Shown one piece after another: positions 52,920 through 62,336 of a stretch of DNA of 64,000 nt (position 1 is its first letter; each line of letters starts with the position of its first letter). The notes beneath the pieces were generated by a model, which saw only the letters and a list, made by a program, of their open reading frames with translations, had not been told where the DNA came from and made no database searches. The position numbers and the translations under genes were made by a program. The DNA lies in the sequence record PV740454.1. One strand, written 5' to 3'.

Positions 52920-53301
52920 CTGAGTGATTTTTGATTAGCTCTTCACTTTTGAGTGTAGTGACATCAACTTCTTCTGGAGTGAATGCGTTGTTTTTTATCA
53001 CTGGTGCTTCGATCTTTTTGAATTCATCTACTTTGTGCTTGTGTACATCGGTAACGACTTCAGTCGCAGTAGGTCGAGTGATTGGTGACGTTGCAATTTT
53101 GTAACCACTGAACACTAGAGTCAGAAGAACAGATGCAGCAATGATTTTACCGTATGGTAATACAACTTTAATTTTAAAGATTGATGAGATTATGTATACG
53201 ATCAGAAGTGCTAGTAATACCACTGAAAGTAGTCCAACAACCGGTGCAACGACAAGTAAGAATTCCATTATATTTTCCTTTTGAAGAGAGGGCAGCGACA
53301 T
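52909..53301 (-). CDS. Two-TM membrane protein
   Basis: Hydrophobic N-terminal half; co-transcribed with the SPFH gene. Confidence 0.7.
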   Translation of the reverse strand: MSLPSLQKENIMEFLLVVAPVVGLLSVVLLALLIVYIISSIFKIKVVLPYGKIIAASVLLTLVFSGYKIATSPITRPTATEVVTDVHKHKVDEFKKIEAPVIKNNAFTPEEVDVTTLKSEELIKNHSATN

Positions 53302-53320
53302 GCTGCCCTTTTTGTTTTGA

Positions 53321-54196
53321 TTATTTAATCGGAGTTTGTACTGCGATATTGTCTAGCATTTCAGTCGGGACGAACACTTTGTTCGTAGATTTAGCAAGCT
53401 CACGTAGAGTTTTTTGCTCTTCTAGGAAACGTACGTTTTCGTTCATCAGCTTGTCAGCAACCAGTTTCTTGGTTTCAGCTTCGTACAGTTCGATCTCACG
53501 CTCACGTTTCGACACTTCTTCGCGAGTTGCGATTGTTAGTAAGTCTAGCTTACGCTGTGCTTTAAGCGTATCTTCTGCTTGACGACGTTCAGCAGACTTA
53601 ACTTGTGCGTCGGTGATCGTTGGTGGATACACGACATCAGTAACGCCTACGACTTTAAGTACGAACGGTGTATCTGATAGCTCTTTATTCAATCGATCTT
53701 TAACGAACTGATTCAGTGCTTCACGACTCGATGCCACCTCTGCAATGCTGTATTCAGCGATGATCGATGGGATGATTGTATTCAGCTTAGCTCGTGCATA
53801 GCGAACGAACACGTCTTTCTGTGAAATCACACCGAGTTGATCTGTTTTCGCAGCAAACGGAACTTTCGCAAACACGAAGTTGTACTTCGCAGGATCTACA
53901 GTCATCGTCATTTCAACGTCGTAGTCAAGCATCAGTTCGTCTTTCGGCATGAACGTTTTGAACTTCATTTCGTAGAAGCTATCTGACACATCTAGAAGAA
54001 CTAGACGATCAGGGTAGCGCCATGCGTAGTCAAGACGGAATTTTGATGGTTGACGCGGTTCAGCACTCAAGTCGAAGCCATCTTTCGTTTGAATCTTACC
54101 GACAAAGCCGGTTGGGATTTCAGCAGGCGTACCACAGCCAACAAGTGCTAGACCTAGACCAGCGACTGCAAGTAGTTTTGAAAATTTCTTAATCAT
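53321..54196 (-). CDS. SPFH/band-7 family lipoprotein
   Basis: Lipobox LALVGC; SPFH-like core (IPTGFVGK, T-x-D-x-LML, SREAL) and C-terminal coiled coil. Confidence 0.75.
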   Translation of the reverse strand: MIKKFSKLLAVAGLGLALVGCGTPAEIPTGFVGKIQTKDGFDLSAEPRQPSKFRLDYAWRYPDRLVLLDVSDSFYEMKFKTFMPKDELMLDYDVEMTMTVDPAKYNFVFAKVPFAAKTDQLGVISQKDVFVRYARAKLNTIIPSIIAEYSIAEVASSREALNQFVKDRLNKELSDTPFVLKVVGVTDVVYPPTITDAQVKSAERRQAEDTLKAQRKLDLLTIATREEVSKREREIELYEAETKKLVADKLMNENVRFLEEQKTLRELAKSTNKVFVPTEMLDNIAVQTPIK

Positions 54197-54271
54197 GTAT
54201 TGCTCTCTTAGTTAATGAAGTTTAAATCACAATCTCGTTTGTTTGTGCGCTTCGTTGCGCTGACGAGATAC

Positions 54272-54316
54272 ATATTATTCAAAACGTATCGCAGTGTCAA
54301 CACTTTTTTATAAATA
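54272..54316. promoter_or_regulatory. Divergent promoters: sigma70 (minus strand) and T4 late (plus strand)
   Basis: TTGACA-N17-TAATAT on minus (54300-54272); TATAAATA at 54309-54316. Confidence 0.8.
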
Positions 54317-54337
54317 ATTTTAAATTAGGAGAAAACT

Positions 54338-54757
54338 ATGGCTATAGCAGAGCTAAACACACTGAAGCCGGGACACTACTACTATAGTGATATCCCTGCT
54401 AACTTTAGCAAAAGCGTTGTTAATAATGACATCAGTGCATCGTATGACTTAAAAGCAATACAAGAATCAATTGTCGGCATCGTAGGGACGAAGAAAGGCG
54501 ATAGACCGTTCAATCCCGAATTCGGATGTGATATCAGCAATCAACTTTTTGAAAACATTTCAGCAGCAAGCGCGTTTGCAATCAAATACAGCATCGAGAA
54601 CGCGATCTCTAAATGGGAGCCGCGTGTAATCATCAAAAAGATTGAAGTTCTACCGTTATATGAACAAAACACGTACGAAGTTGTTGTTCAGTATCACTTA
54701 CGAACGAACTTCGACCGATTGTTCGCACTGAAAACAAGTCTCAACAATAGACTTTAA
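54338..54757 (+). CDS. 25: Baseplate wedge subunit gp25
   Basis: YSDI, T-x-KGDRPF-x-PEFG, I-x2-WEPRV. Confidence 0.95.
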   Translation: MAIAELNTLKPGHYYYSDIPANFSKSVVNNDISASYDLKAIQESIVGIVGTKKGDRPFNPEFGCDISNQLFENISAASAFAIKYSIENAISKWEPRVIIKKIEVLPLYEQNTYEVVVQYHLRTNFDRLFALKTSLNNRL

Positions 54758-54761
54758 CAAT

Positions 54762-54785
54762 AGCCCGCAATAGCGGGCTTTTTTG
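54762..54785 (+). terminator. Intrinsic terminator
   Basis: AGCCCGC-AATA-GCGGGCTTTTTT. Confidence 0.85.
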
Positions 54786-54835
54786 TGCATTAAATATAAG
54801 AAACGAAAATACAAATTTACCAACAGGGGAATAAC

Positions 54836-56794
54836 ATGGCAACTAACTCGAATTTACCTGTTAGTTCTGGCTCATTTGAGACAATCAAACAAGACTTGAT
54901 TCAATTCCTAAAAGGACAGGATGAGTTTAAAGATTACGATTTCACGGGAAGTCGTCTTAATGTACTGACAGATTTGCTTGCATACAACACAATGTATATT
55001 CAGCACTACTCGAATGCAGCGTTGTTCGAGGGTTTCATGCGAACAGCACAGAAACACAGCAGTGTTGTTCAACACGCACAAGACATGGGATATGCACCAA
55101 GCTCGTTGTCAGCAGCAACACACACAATTGGCATCAAAGCATATCACGCAGCTAACCCAGTTGAGATCACACTAGGCACTGGTACTCGTTTCAGTGCAGA
55201 CGTTGATGGTATTGATTACTACAGCTACATCGTATGGGAACCGCATATTCTAATCGGTGCTAAGCAAGACCCGCTAAATCCTGCTAGTCCGTTGATCTAT
55301 CAAGATCAGATTGATTTGGTTCAAGGTACGCTAGGTCGATATGAAACGTTGTTTAGCGAAACCGAAGCAATTACAATCAAAGATCCAGATTTAGATCGCA
55401 ACTATGTTCGTGTATTCGTTGACAATGCAGAGTGGACAAACTGGACAGACAAATCGATTGTAAACGTTACAGGCGGTTCTAGCGTGTTTTATCTTCGCGA
55501 AACAGTAGATGGATACACAGAAGTGTACTTCGGTGAAGGCGAATTGACTGATTTTACAGAGAATGCGGGAGCGTATAACCCTGGCTATATTGGTGGTCTA
55601 CGACCAGTTGAAGGTCAGCGTATTCGTGTTCAATATGTTAAAACATCTGGCCCGCTTGCTAACGGCTCTAAGAACTTCACGTGGGCTGATGACATTCCGA
55701 ATTTCCAATTAGATGATAAGAACATCGACGACAACCCAAATGACGATGAGAACTTCGTAGGGTCAATTGGTGGTGGTTTCGCAGAAGGCACAGAACGTAT
55801 TCGTGAACTTGCGCCTATATTCCGCGAGTCTCAACGTCGTTGTGTTACAAAACTTGACTATGAAACGTTCGTTTCGCAGAAGTTTGGTAATATAGTTCAA
55901 GCAGTACAGGCGTTCGGTAGCTCAGATAAACCGGGATATGTTTTCATTTCGATCAAACCTAAGAGCGGATTGACATTGCCGCAAGTAGCTCGTAATGACA
56001 TCGAAGATTATCTTAAAGAGTTCAACATCGTTACCGTTACACCAAAAGTTGTAGACCCTGACTATCTGTACATTAAGCATAATCTACGCATTAACTACAG
56101 AACTGGATCATTAACTGAAGGTGCTGACTATCTTAAAGCTCAGATAATCAATGCTATTTCTGACTATTACTACAACGAAGTAGAGATTTTCAACGCATCG
56201 TTTCACGTATCTAAGATGCTTAGCTATGTTGATGAAGCGCACACATCGATTCTAGGTTCTCGCTGTGACATCAGTCTTGTTCGAGAACTGAGAAACTTCG
56301 CCCAAACGCCGATGAGTGGATATAGCTTCTTGAACCCAGTAGAAGAACGTTCTGTTCGTTCTGAAGATATTAGATTCTTACCTGAAGGGTATGACGTACA
56401 GATCAGAACTACTGATGCAAGAACTGCACCAACACAAGAAAACATCGGTACTGTGTTGTTAGGTCCATTCGCAGCAGGCGATATTACGTCACCAATAGAC
56501 CCAGAAACTGGTCTTGCTACTGGCGCATATACAGCAAACGATTTTGATCGTACGGTTGTTGGTGGTCGTAGTCTGTACTACAGAGTCGGGACAATAAACT
56601 ATGAATCTGGGTTGATGGATTATGATTTCATAAACTTGGGAATTAACTCATCGGATTGGGATGTTACAGGTAATCTAATCGTTACTGCATCACCAGATCG
56701 CGTGAATATATACACAGAAGATGGTAGCTTGATTGTATATGAGAACGAGCTACGTCCTCAATACACTGACATCGTTCTAGAAGGTATTTCATAA
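54836..56794 (+). CDS. 6: Baseplate wedge subunit gp6
   Basis: FKDYDFTGSRLNVLTDLLAYNT, QRRCVT-x2-DY. Confidence 0.97.
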   Translation: MATNSNLPVSSGSFETIKQDLIQFLKGQDEFKDYDFTGSRLNVLTDLLAYNTMYIQHYSNAALFEGFMRTAQKHSSVVQHAQDMGYAPSSLSAATHTIGIKAYHAANPVEITLGTGTRFSADVDGIDYYSYIVWEPHILIGAKQDPLNPASPLIYQDQIDLVQGTLGRYETLFSETEAITIKDPDLDRNYVRVFVDNAEWTNWTDKSIVNVTGGSSVFYLRETVDGYTEVYFGEGELTDFTENAGAYNPGYIGGLRPVEGQRIRVQYVKTSGPLANGSKNFTWADDIPNFQLDDKNIDDNPNDDENFVGSIGGGFAEGTERIRELAPIFRESQRRCVTKLDYETFVSQKFGNIVQAVQAFGSSDKPGYVFISIKPKSGLTLPQVARNDIEDYLKEFNIVTVTPKVVDPDYLYIKHNLRINYRTGSLTEGADYLKAQIINAISDYYYNEVEIFNASFHVSKMLSYVDEAHTSILGSRCDISLVRELRNFAQTPMSGYSFLNPVEERSVRSEDIRFLPEGYDVQIRTTDARTAPTQENIGTVLLGPFAAGDITSPIDPETGLATGAYTANDFDRTVVGGRSLYYRVGTINYESGLMDYDFINLGINSSDWDVTGNLIVTASPDRVNIYTEDGSLIVYENELRPQYTDIVLEGIS

Positions 56795-59700
56795 TGGCGA
56801 ATCTATTACAGGCACCTCCAATTATGGAGGTGTCAATCGACAAATTGACGCGAAATTACGCTGAATTGTCGTGGACAACTGTCGGCATGAATTTCAGATA
56901 CGAAATTCATGTTCGTTCAGCGAGTAGCGCGGAAAGTGTATCGTCGCAACTGTACACGCCACTATACCCAAACCCATTCACTAGCGAAACTCGACTTTTC
57001 ACTGACATCAACCCGTCAGTTCGTTACTACCAGTGGCGTATTCGTTCTGTATATAAAGGCTTTGAGCCTAGCGAATGGATTGAATCTGATATTGGGTATG
57101 CGTCTAGTACAAACGACTATGATGTTAATAGTCAAGTCGAGTTTACTCCAGCTACATCGTTTATCGAGGCTAGACTGAACAACGACAACGACCAATATCT
57201 GAACAGTCGAAATCAAATACAAGCGACACTAGTACGTCCTGGGTTTGAATTCGACCCAAACATGATTAATGCTGATTCTGCATCTTACTGGTTCGTAACA
57301 AACCCTGGGTTTAGTGCAAACTACGGTAAAGTGCCTTCAGTTTGTCAGTCAAACACTCGCGTAATTCCGTCTGTGATTGATGACGTTGTATATGCATTCG
57401 AGCGTTGGCAAGAAGTTTGTAAAATATCGAATGATGGGGGTCAAACTTGGCAAACATATCGAGCAACTAACACTCGACTTGGAAATCCAGTATACGATTG
57501 TATTTGTCAGCAGTCAAACACGTTTAGTTACTTGCTTGGGTATGATTACTTGATTCAAGGCGTATCGTCAACCGATATCGACTATTCACATGATAATGGT
57601 CTTGAGTATTCACATGCTTCGGTTGATCTAACATTCGACCGTCTTGACTTTGACCTTGGATTTGGTTATGAAGTAGAACGATTCAAAGATCTAGCTATTC
57701 TTCCGCCACAAGTTCGCCAAAAAGCAGATGCGTTTGGTGTTGACGATGTGATGACAGTCGTTACGTATGGAAACACATACGTATGGCATAATAACAGAAT
57801 TCCAAGAATCTTTGATAACGTTCTATCTGAGTTATATGGTGAGCGTATTTTCGAAACGACTGGTGAATTGAATAATGAACCTGTTTATTTCGAAGCTAAA
57901 GTTGTTCTAAACGACATCAGTCGTCCAGATTTCGACGAAGACACAGCAGACGTTTGTGTAAAGAAAATTCAGTACTATGATGACCCGTCGCAAGGTCTAG
58001 ATTATCAAGACGGAAACATGTATGCGCTTGTTATCGGTGAATGGGAACATGACTCTAATGGAAAACGTATCGGAACATCCGATCCGAATAACATTCGAGG
58101 CGTGTATCGTCTAAATCGAACAGCAATACTGGATTCTGCGATTGTAATAGGGTACGAAAATCTTGCGTGGGAGCGCGTATACGGTAATATACAAGAAGAG
58201 CGTGACTTGTTAAATGAACGTTCTGTTATCTCTCGTGATACCACACACTTGATTGTGGGGCATGATCTGACTAAGAACTATGGCGAAGAGGGAAATCCTG
58301 CATACGACAATCGCCAAGAATCAAGTGGTGCGCCTGGAAATTATCACTCACTACCGGGAAGTCACTACGGTACTATCGATGACCCAGATTTAGTTCTTGA
58401 AAATCCAGATGTCAGCGAAGCAGTTCGTATGTTCTCGAAGCCATTCTTCACAACGTACGTTAAGCCGATGTCTCAGATTATCGCGACTACAGATGGTGAT
58501 ACGTGGGATTATAAACCTCAAGATTACTACGGTGCTGCTCATTTTAACTGGATGCAACGTTCTCAGACTCGTGATTGGAAATCATGGATAAATGAGATCA
58601 TGTACTACAAACAAGAGTCTATTTTCAGACGTGATTTCGCAGATGGGCAAGATGTTCGTTGGAAAGAAACGTACAACGAAGGCGAATATTTGTTTGAAGC
58701 ACCAAACTTGACAATCTTCGGATTCAACGGATATGCAGCAGGCGCGATTATTCATTCTAAGAATGATAACAAAGTGATTGGGTACTACAAGTTCACTTAT
58801 CGCGTAGACATTACTGCTCCGATACGTTGGTCTCCAGAGCGTAGAGTAATGGATGCTAGTTTGTCGAATTATACGCCAGTTATAATTGAACAACCAGCTC
58901 CAGACCCAACATCTATCATAGACCCAACGCTAACACCGTTAGTCTACAAGATGATGCCTGAAAACTACTTGGATTCAGATGGATTCTACAAGCAATTTGC
59001 GAAGTATTATCTTGATTTCATCAGTAAAGGTGATGGTACAGCATACAACAATGTGTACAACTTGTTGAATAGCAAAAACCCACTTGATGATCATTACACT
59101 GAGTATCTACACAAGCTAGTATACGAGCGTAACCGAATTCTAGAACCCGAAAAACGTGATGCAGTTGTTAAGTTCTTCTTAGCAAGACGCGCAGACTTCT
59201 ACAGCACGAAGGGTATTCTCGATTCGTACAAGTTCTTGTTTAAATTGCTATACAATGAACAAGTTGATGTTGAGATCGAGTCTCTTAATACGTTCGAATA
59301 TTCAATCGTTGTAAACTCTAATGATGTAACAGATGACATTGTTGGTCTTCGAATATTCACAGACACGGGTAATGCTGATGTGACATACGTTGATCGTCAT
59401 TACATCGATGGTAAACGCTATTGGAAATTGACTATTAACAACTTGATTGGTGAGTTGAATATCGGCGATTCTCTGCAAATTGATGGGCTTGATTTCACTG
59501 CAACTGCAATTACGGGCGTGCAAGGCGACAGGATCGACTATGATTCGAATGAATTCTTGGACAGAAGTAAATCGTATTATGTTATGAAATTGCGTTCTGA
59601 ACTTCAATTGAGTCAGTACAAAGACGACGTAATTCGTTTCGTGCATCCAATTGGGTTTGGGTTCTTGGGAATCACGCTGTTAACAGTACTGATAAATCAT

Positions 59701-60291
59701 GGTATTTCAGTTGAGCATCATGAAACGGTAGTTGACTCATATCGATTAGTTCGTTATGACAACGGCATTGGATTGAACTTCACAGAAGAAACATCATTGC
59801 TTGATTTCAACGATGAGCGAGTATACAACTCGTTCGGTGAACTTCAATTGAAGCCAAACCCACTTGCGCTAGAAGATCCATTAGATCATGCTATTCAAGA
59901 TAGACTTACAAACACACAAGGTGTGACTGTAACGCAGTACAACGACTACTGGAGCAATGAACGTATAATTGCACTTGACGAGTATACGGCGATTGATGAG
60001 CAGAGATATATAGAAACAGACACCGGTGACATCAATGACATCTGGGGTGGCAAGCAGAGAGTTCTAAATCCAGATTACAACCCAACTGCGAAAGTTCATC
60101 CAGCAGATGCTAACGGTTCTATCCAGTGGGGAATGACACCGTATGAGCGTGCACCTGCATTTATGTTTGACTGGTCGACTGGCGCAATGAGTATTTCAGA
60201 CATGTACGAAGATAGCGACAATCGCCTGAAAGACAATGTTGGAAACCCATATGATCCAGAAACACCGACTCAAAAACAAATAGGTGAATAA
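56794..60291 (+). CDS. 7: Baseplate wedge initiator gp7
   Basis: FYSTKG-x2-DSYKFLFKLLYNE; FVHPIGFGF. Confidence 0.93.
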   Translation: MANLLQAPPIMEVSIDKLTRNYAELSWTTVGMNFRYEIHVRSASSAESVSSQLYTPLYPNPFTSETRLFTDINPSVRYYQWRIRSVYKGFEPSEWIESDIGYASSTNDYDVNSQVEFTPATSFIEARLNNDNDQYLNSRNQIQATLVRPGFEFDPNMINADSASYWFVTNPGFSANYGKVPSVCQSNTRVIPSVIDDVVYAFERWQEVCKISNDGGQTWQTYRATNTRLGNPVYDCICQQSNTFSYLLGYDYLIQGVSSTDIDYSHDNGLEYSHASVDLTFDRLDFDLGFGYEVERFKDLAILPPQVRQKADAFGVDDVMTVVTYGNTYVWHNNRIPRIFDNVLSELYGERIFETTGELNNEPVYFEAKVVLNDISRPDFDEDTADVCVKKIQYYDDPSQGLDYQDGNMYALVIGEWEHDSNGKRIGTSDPNNIRGVYRLNRTAILDSAIVIGYENLAWERVYGNIQEERDLLNERSVISRDTTHLIVGHDLTKNYGEEGNPAYDNRQESSGAPGNYHSLPGSHYGTIDDPDLVLENPDVSEAVRMFSKPFFTTYVKPMSQIIATTDGDTWDYKPQDYYGAAHFNWMQRSQTRDWKSWINEIMYYKQESIFRRDFADGQDVRWKETYNEGEYLFEAPNLTIFGFNGYAAGAIIHSKNDNKVIGYYKFTYRVDITAPIRWSPERRVMDASLSNYTPVIIEQPAPDPTSIIDPTLTPLVYKMMPENYLDSDGFYKQFAKYYLDFISKGDGTAYNNVYNLLNSKNPLDDHYTEYLHKLVYERNRILEPEKRDAVVKFFLARRADFYSTKGILDSYKFLFKLLYNEQVDVEIESLNTFEYSIVVNSNDVTDDIVGLRIFTDTGNADVTYVDRHYIDGKRYWKLTINNLIGELNIGDSLQIDGLDFTATAITGVQGDRIDYDSNEFLDRSKSYYVMKLRSELQLSQYKDDVIRFVHPIGFGFLGITLLTVLINHGISVEHHETVVDSYRLVRYDNGIGLNFTEETSLLDFNDERVYNSFGELQLKPNPLALEDPLDHAIQDRLTNTQGVTVTQYNDYWSNERIIALDEYTAIDEQRYIETDTGDINDIWGGKQRVLNPDYNPTAKVHPADANGSIQWGMTPYERAPAFMFDWSTGAMSISDMYEDSDNRLKDNVGNPYDPETPTQKQIGE

Positions 60292-61315
60292 AGTGGCAAA
60301 AATTTACAGATCTACAATCACAACAGAGTATCGAGTTAACAACTTGATGAACTTCTACAACAACGTAGGTGATGGAGACGACCAGAACACAATTTACCTC
60401 ATGTTCGGTCGTGATGAACCATGGTCAGATCGCGAAGATGAAATAAACTTCGCGCCACCATATCCGAACGATAGCCCAGATGGAAAAGCTGATGTTTGGG
60501 CTCGTTCTCTTGGTATGATCAAAATACCTAAATCTCAGCTTCGCCCTGTACTTCCTCGTAAGGATTGGGGCGACCCTGATTTGACAGATCCGCTACGTTT
60601 CACTTTTGGTGATATTGTAACAGTTAACACACTGAACATCAATAGCCACCCAAGTGCTCTTAGCGGTTATATGGTATATCGATGCGTTGATATACCTGAA
60701 ACTGATCCTAATAACACGAATATTAGAGGGACGTGTTCAATCGTTACTGTGACAGACAAAAACGACTGTGTTGCAGTCGGTGGTACGTGGAATGCTCCGT
60801 CATCGCCGGGTAACCAAGAGAACATCCCTCATGGTACAGGGAATGCAATAGAAACTGGCGACGGGTATGTATGGGAATATCTGTACACGATACCGCCAAG
60901 TGAAGTGTTGACTAGTGTGACACGAGAATACATTGTTTGTCCATTCCCAGAAGATGTTATTTCAAATCGTGAGGCGTGGGGATTAGATCAGAACATCGTA
61001 TTCAATGAGAATTACGATGAAACGATCTTCAGTGTTGGCGCAGTTCAGCTACGTTTTAGAGCAAAACTTGCGGGATCTGATTTCATCCACTTGTTTGGAC
61101 CTGGGAATCAGGGATATCGTCAACTTTCGCTTGTTCAAAACCCTCTTCTAATTCGAGAAGAAGGTGAAACAACAGATACAAAAGCGACTGCGACACGATA
61201 CAACCCTCACGAGATTCAAGAAGGTACGGGTCAGATAATTTACATGGAAAATCGTCAACCGATAAGAAAGACGCTCGACCAAGTAGAAGAGTTCAACTTG
61301 ATCTACAACTTCTAA
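60284..61315 (+). CDS. 8: Baseplate wedge subunit gp8
   Basis: IYL-x-FGR-x-EPW, PPYP-x-DS, RKDWGD, GDGYVWEYLY-x-IPP, YMENRQPI. Confidence 0.96.
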   Translation: MNKVAKIYRSTITTEYRVNNLMNFYNNVGDGDDQNTIYLMFGRDEPWSDREDEINFAPPYPNDSPDGKADVWARSLGMIKIPKSQLRPVLPRKDWGDPDLTDPLRFTFGDIVTVNTLNINSHPSALSGYMVYRCVDIPETDPNNTNIRGTCSIVTVTDKNDCVAVGGTWNAPSSPGNQENIPHGTGNAIETGDGYVWEYLYTIPPSEVLTSVTREYIVCPFPEDVISNREAWGLDQNIVFNENYDETIFSVGAVQLRFRAKLAGSDFIHLFGPGNQGYRQLSLVQNPLLIREEGETTDTKATATRYNPHEIQEGTGQIIYMENRQPIRKTLDQVEEFNLIYNF

Positions 61316-61337
61316 TAAATATAGTAAATAACTCATT

Positions 61338-61360
61338 AGGCGCGAGTTCGCGCCTTTCTT
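61338..61360 (+). terminator. Probable terminator
   Basis: AGGCGCG-AGTT-CGCGCCT + TTCTT. Confidence 0.55.
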
Positions 61361-62327
61361 GGAGATTAAGATGGGACGACAAAGATTAGAAACTGGTACT
61401 GCTGGTTCAGTAGGTACTGGTGACACTATTCACAACGGTGGTAACAAGCTTCGCGATAATTCAGATGAATTTTATCACATCAATGCGGATTTTGAACTAA
61501 CCGATGCTGGCGAAAACTACATTCCAGCATATAACGACAACGCGCCTAGACCTCATGCAGGTGGTTACTGGAATAGAATACCACCAAGTTCAACAGCAGG
61601 TGGTTCGGGTGGTCCGAACAATACTAACTTGCTAACATCTATTGTCACTGGTGGTAAGTATGATATCGACACATCAGCGTTAGGTGGTGGTGCTTCAATG
61701 ACTCTGAATTTGCCTAAGATTGGCACATCAGCAGGTCAAGCTAAGCGCGGTGAGCGTATCGAGTTTCAGAATACAACAGCGACACTTGACACAAACCCAA
61801 TTACAATTCAAGCGTCAGCGGGTGATGCGATTGTATCTGCATCTGAATTAAACGGCACTCACATCGTCAGAACAAATTACTGTCATATTGTATGTACGGT
61901 AATCGATGACGGTACTGGATTAGCAGGTACACCTCAGTGGGGTATTAAGATAAATCCACTTGTTGGTGATTTTAGCGCGCCTGTTAATGACACGATATTT
62001 TCTATTCCAGATACTGTAACAGCAACCATGCCATTGTTCGATATACTTTCATTTGCATCATGTAAATTGATGGTTTATGCAGAGAACAGCGACCCGCTAC
62101 AAGGTGGTGCTGTAACTCGAAGAATGACATCGGAAATATTGCTGCTAAATAATATAACAGATGTCTATATTGATGAATATTCAGTAGTCAATACAGATAA
62201 AGAATTCGGCAACTTGATTCTGATTGAACCACGTGTTGATAATGGCGTAATCGTTCTTGATATCACATCAAACGACGACAACGTTTCAATTGCTATTAAA
62301 TCAATCGAAACAATCAGACTATCATAA
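61359..62327 (+). CDS. 9: Baseplate wedge tail fibre connector gp9
   Basis: G-x-GD-x-I-x2-GG-x-KL-x2-N, PHAGGYW, IAIKSIETI. Confidence 0.9.
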   Translation: MEIKMGRQRLETGTAGSVGTGDTIHNGGNKLRDNSDEFYHINADFELTDAGENYIPAYNDNAPRPHAGGYWNRIPPSSTAGGSGGPNNTNLLTSIVTGGKYDIDTSALGGGASMTLNLPKIGTSAGQAKRGERIEFQNTTATLDTNPITIQASAGDAIVSASELNGTHIVRTNYCHIVCTVIDDGTGLAGTPQWGIKINPLVGDFSAPVNDTIFSIPDTVTATMPLFDILSFASCKLMVYAENSDPLQGGAVTRRMTSEILLLNNITDVYIDEYSVVNTDKEFGNLILIEPRVDNGVIVLDITSNDDNVSIAIKSIETIRLS

Positions 62328-62336
62328 GGGACAGCA

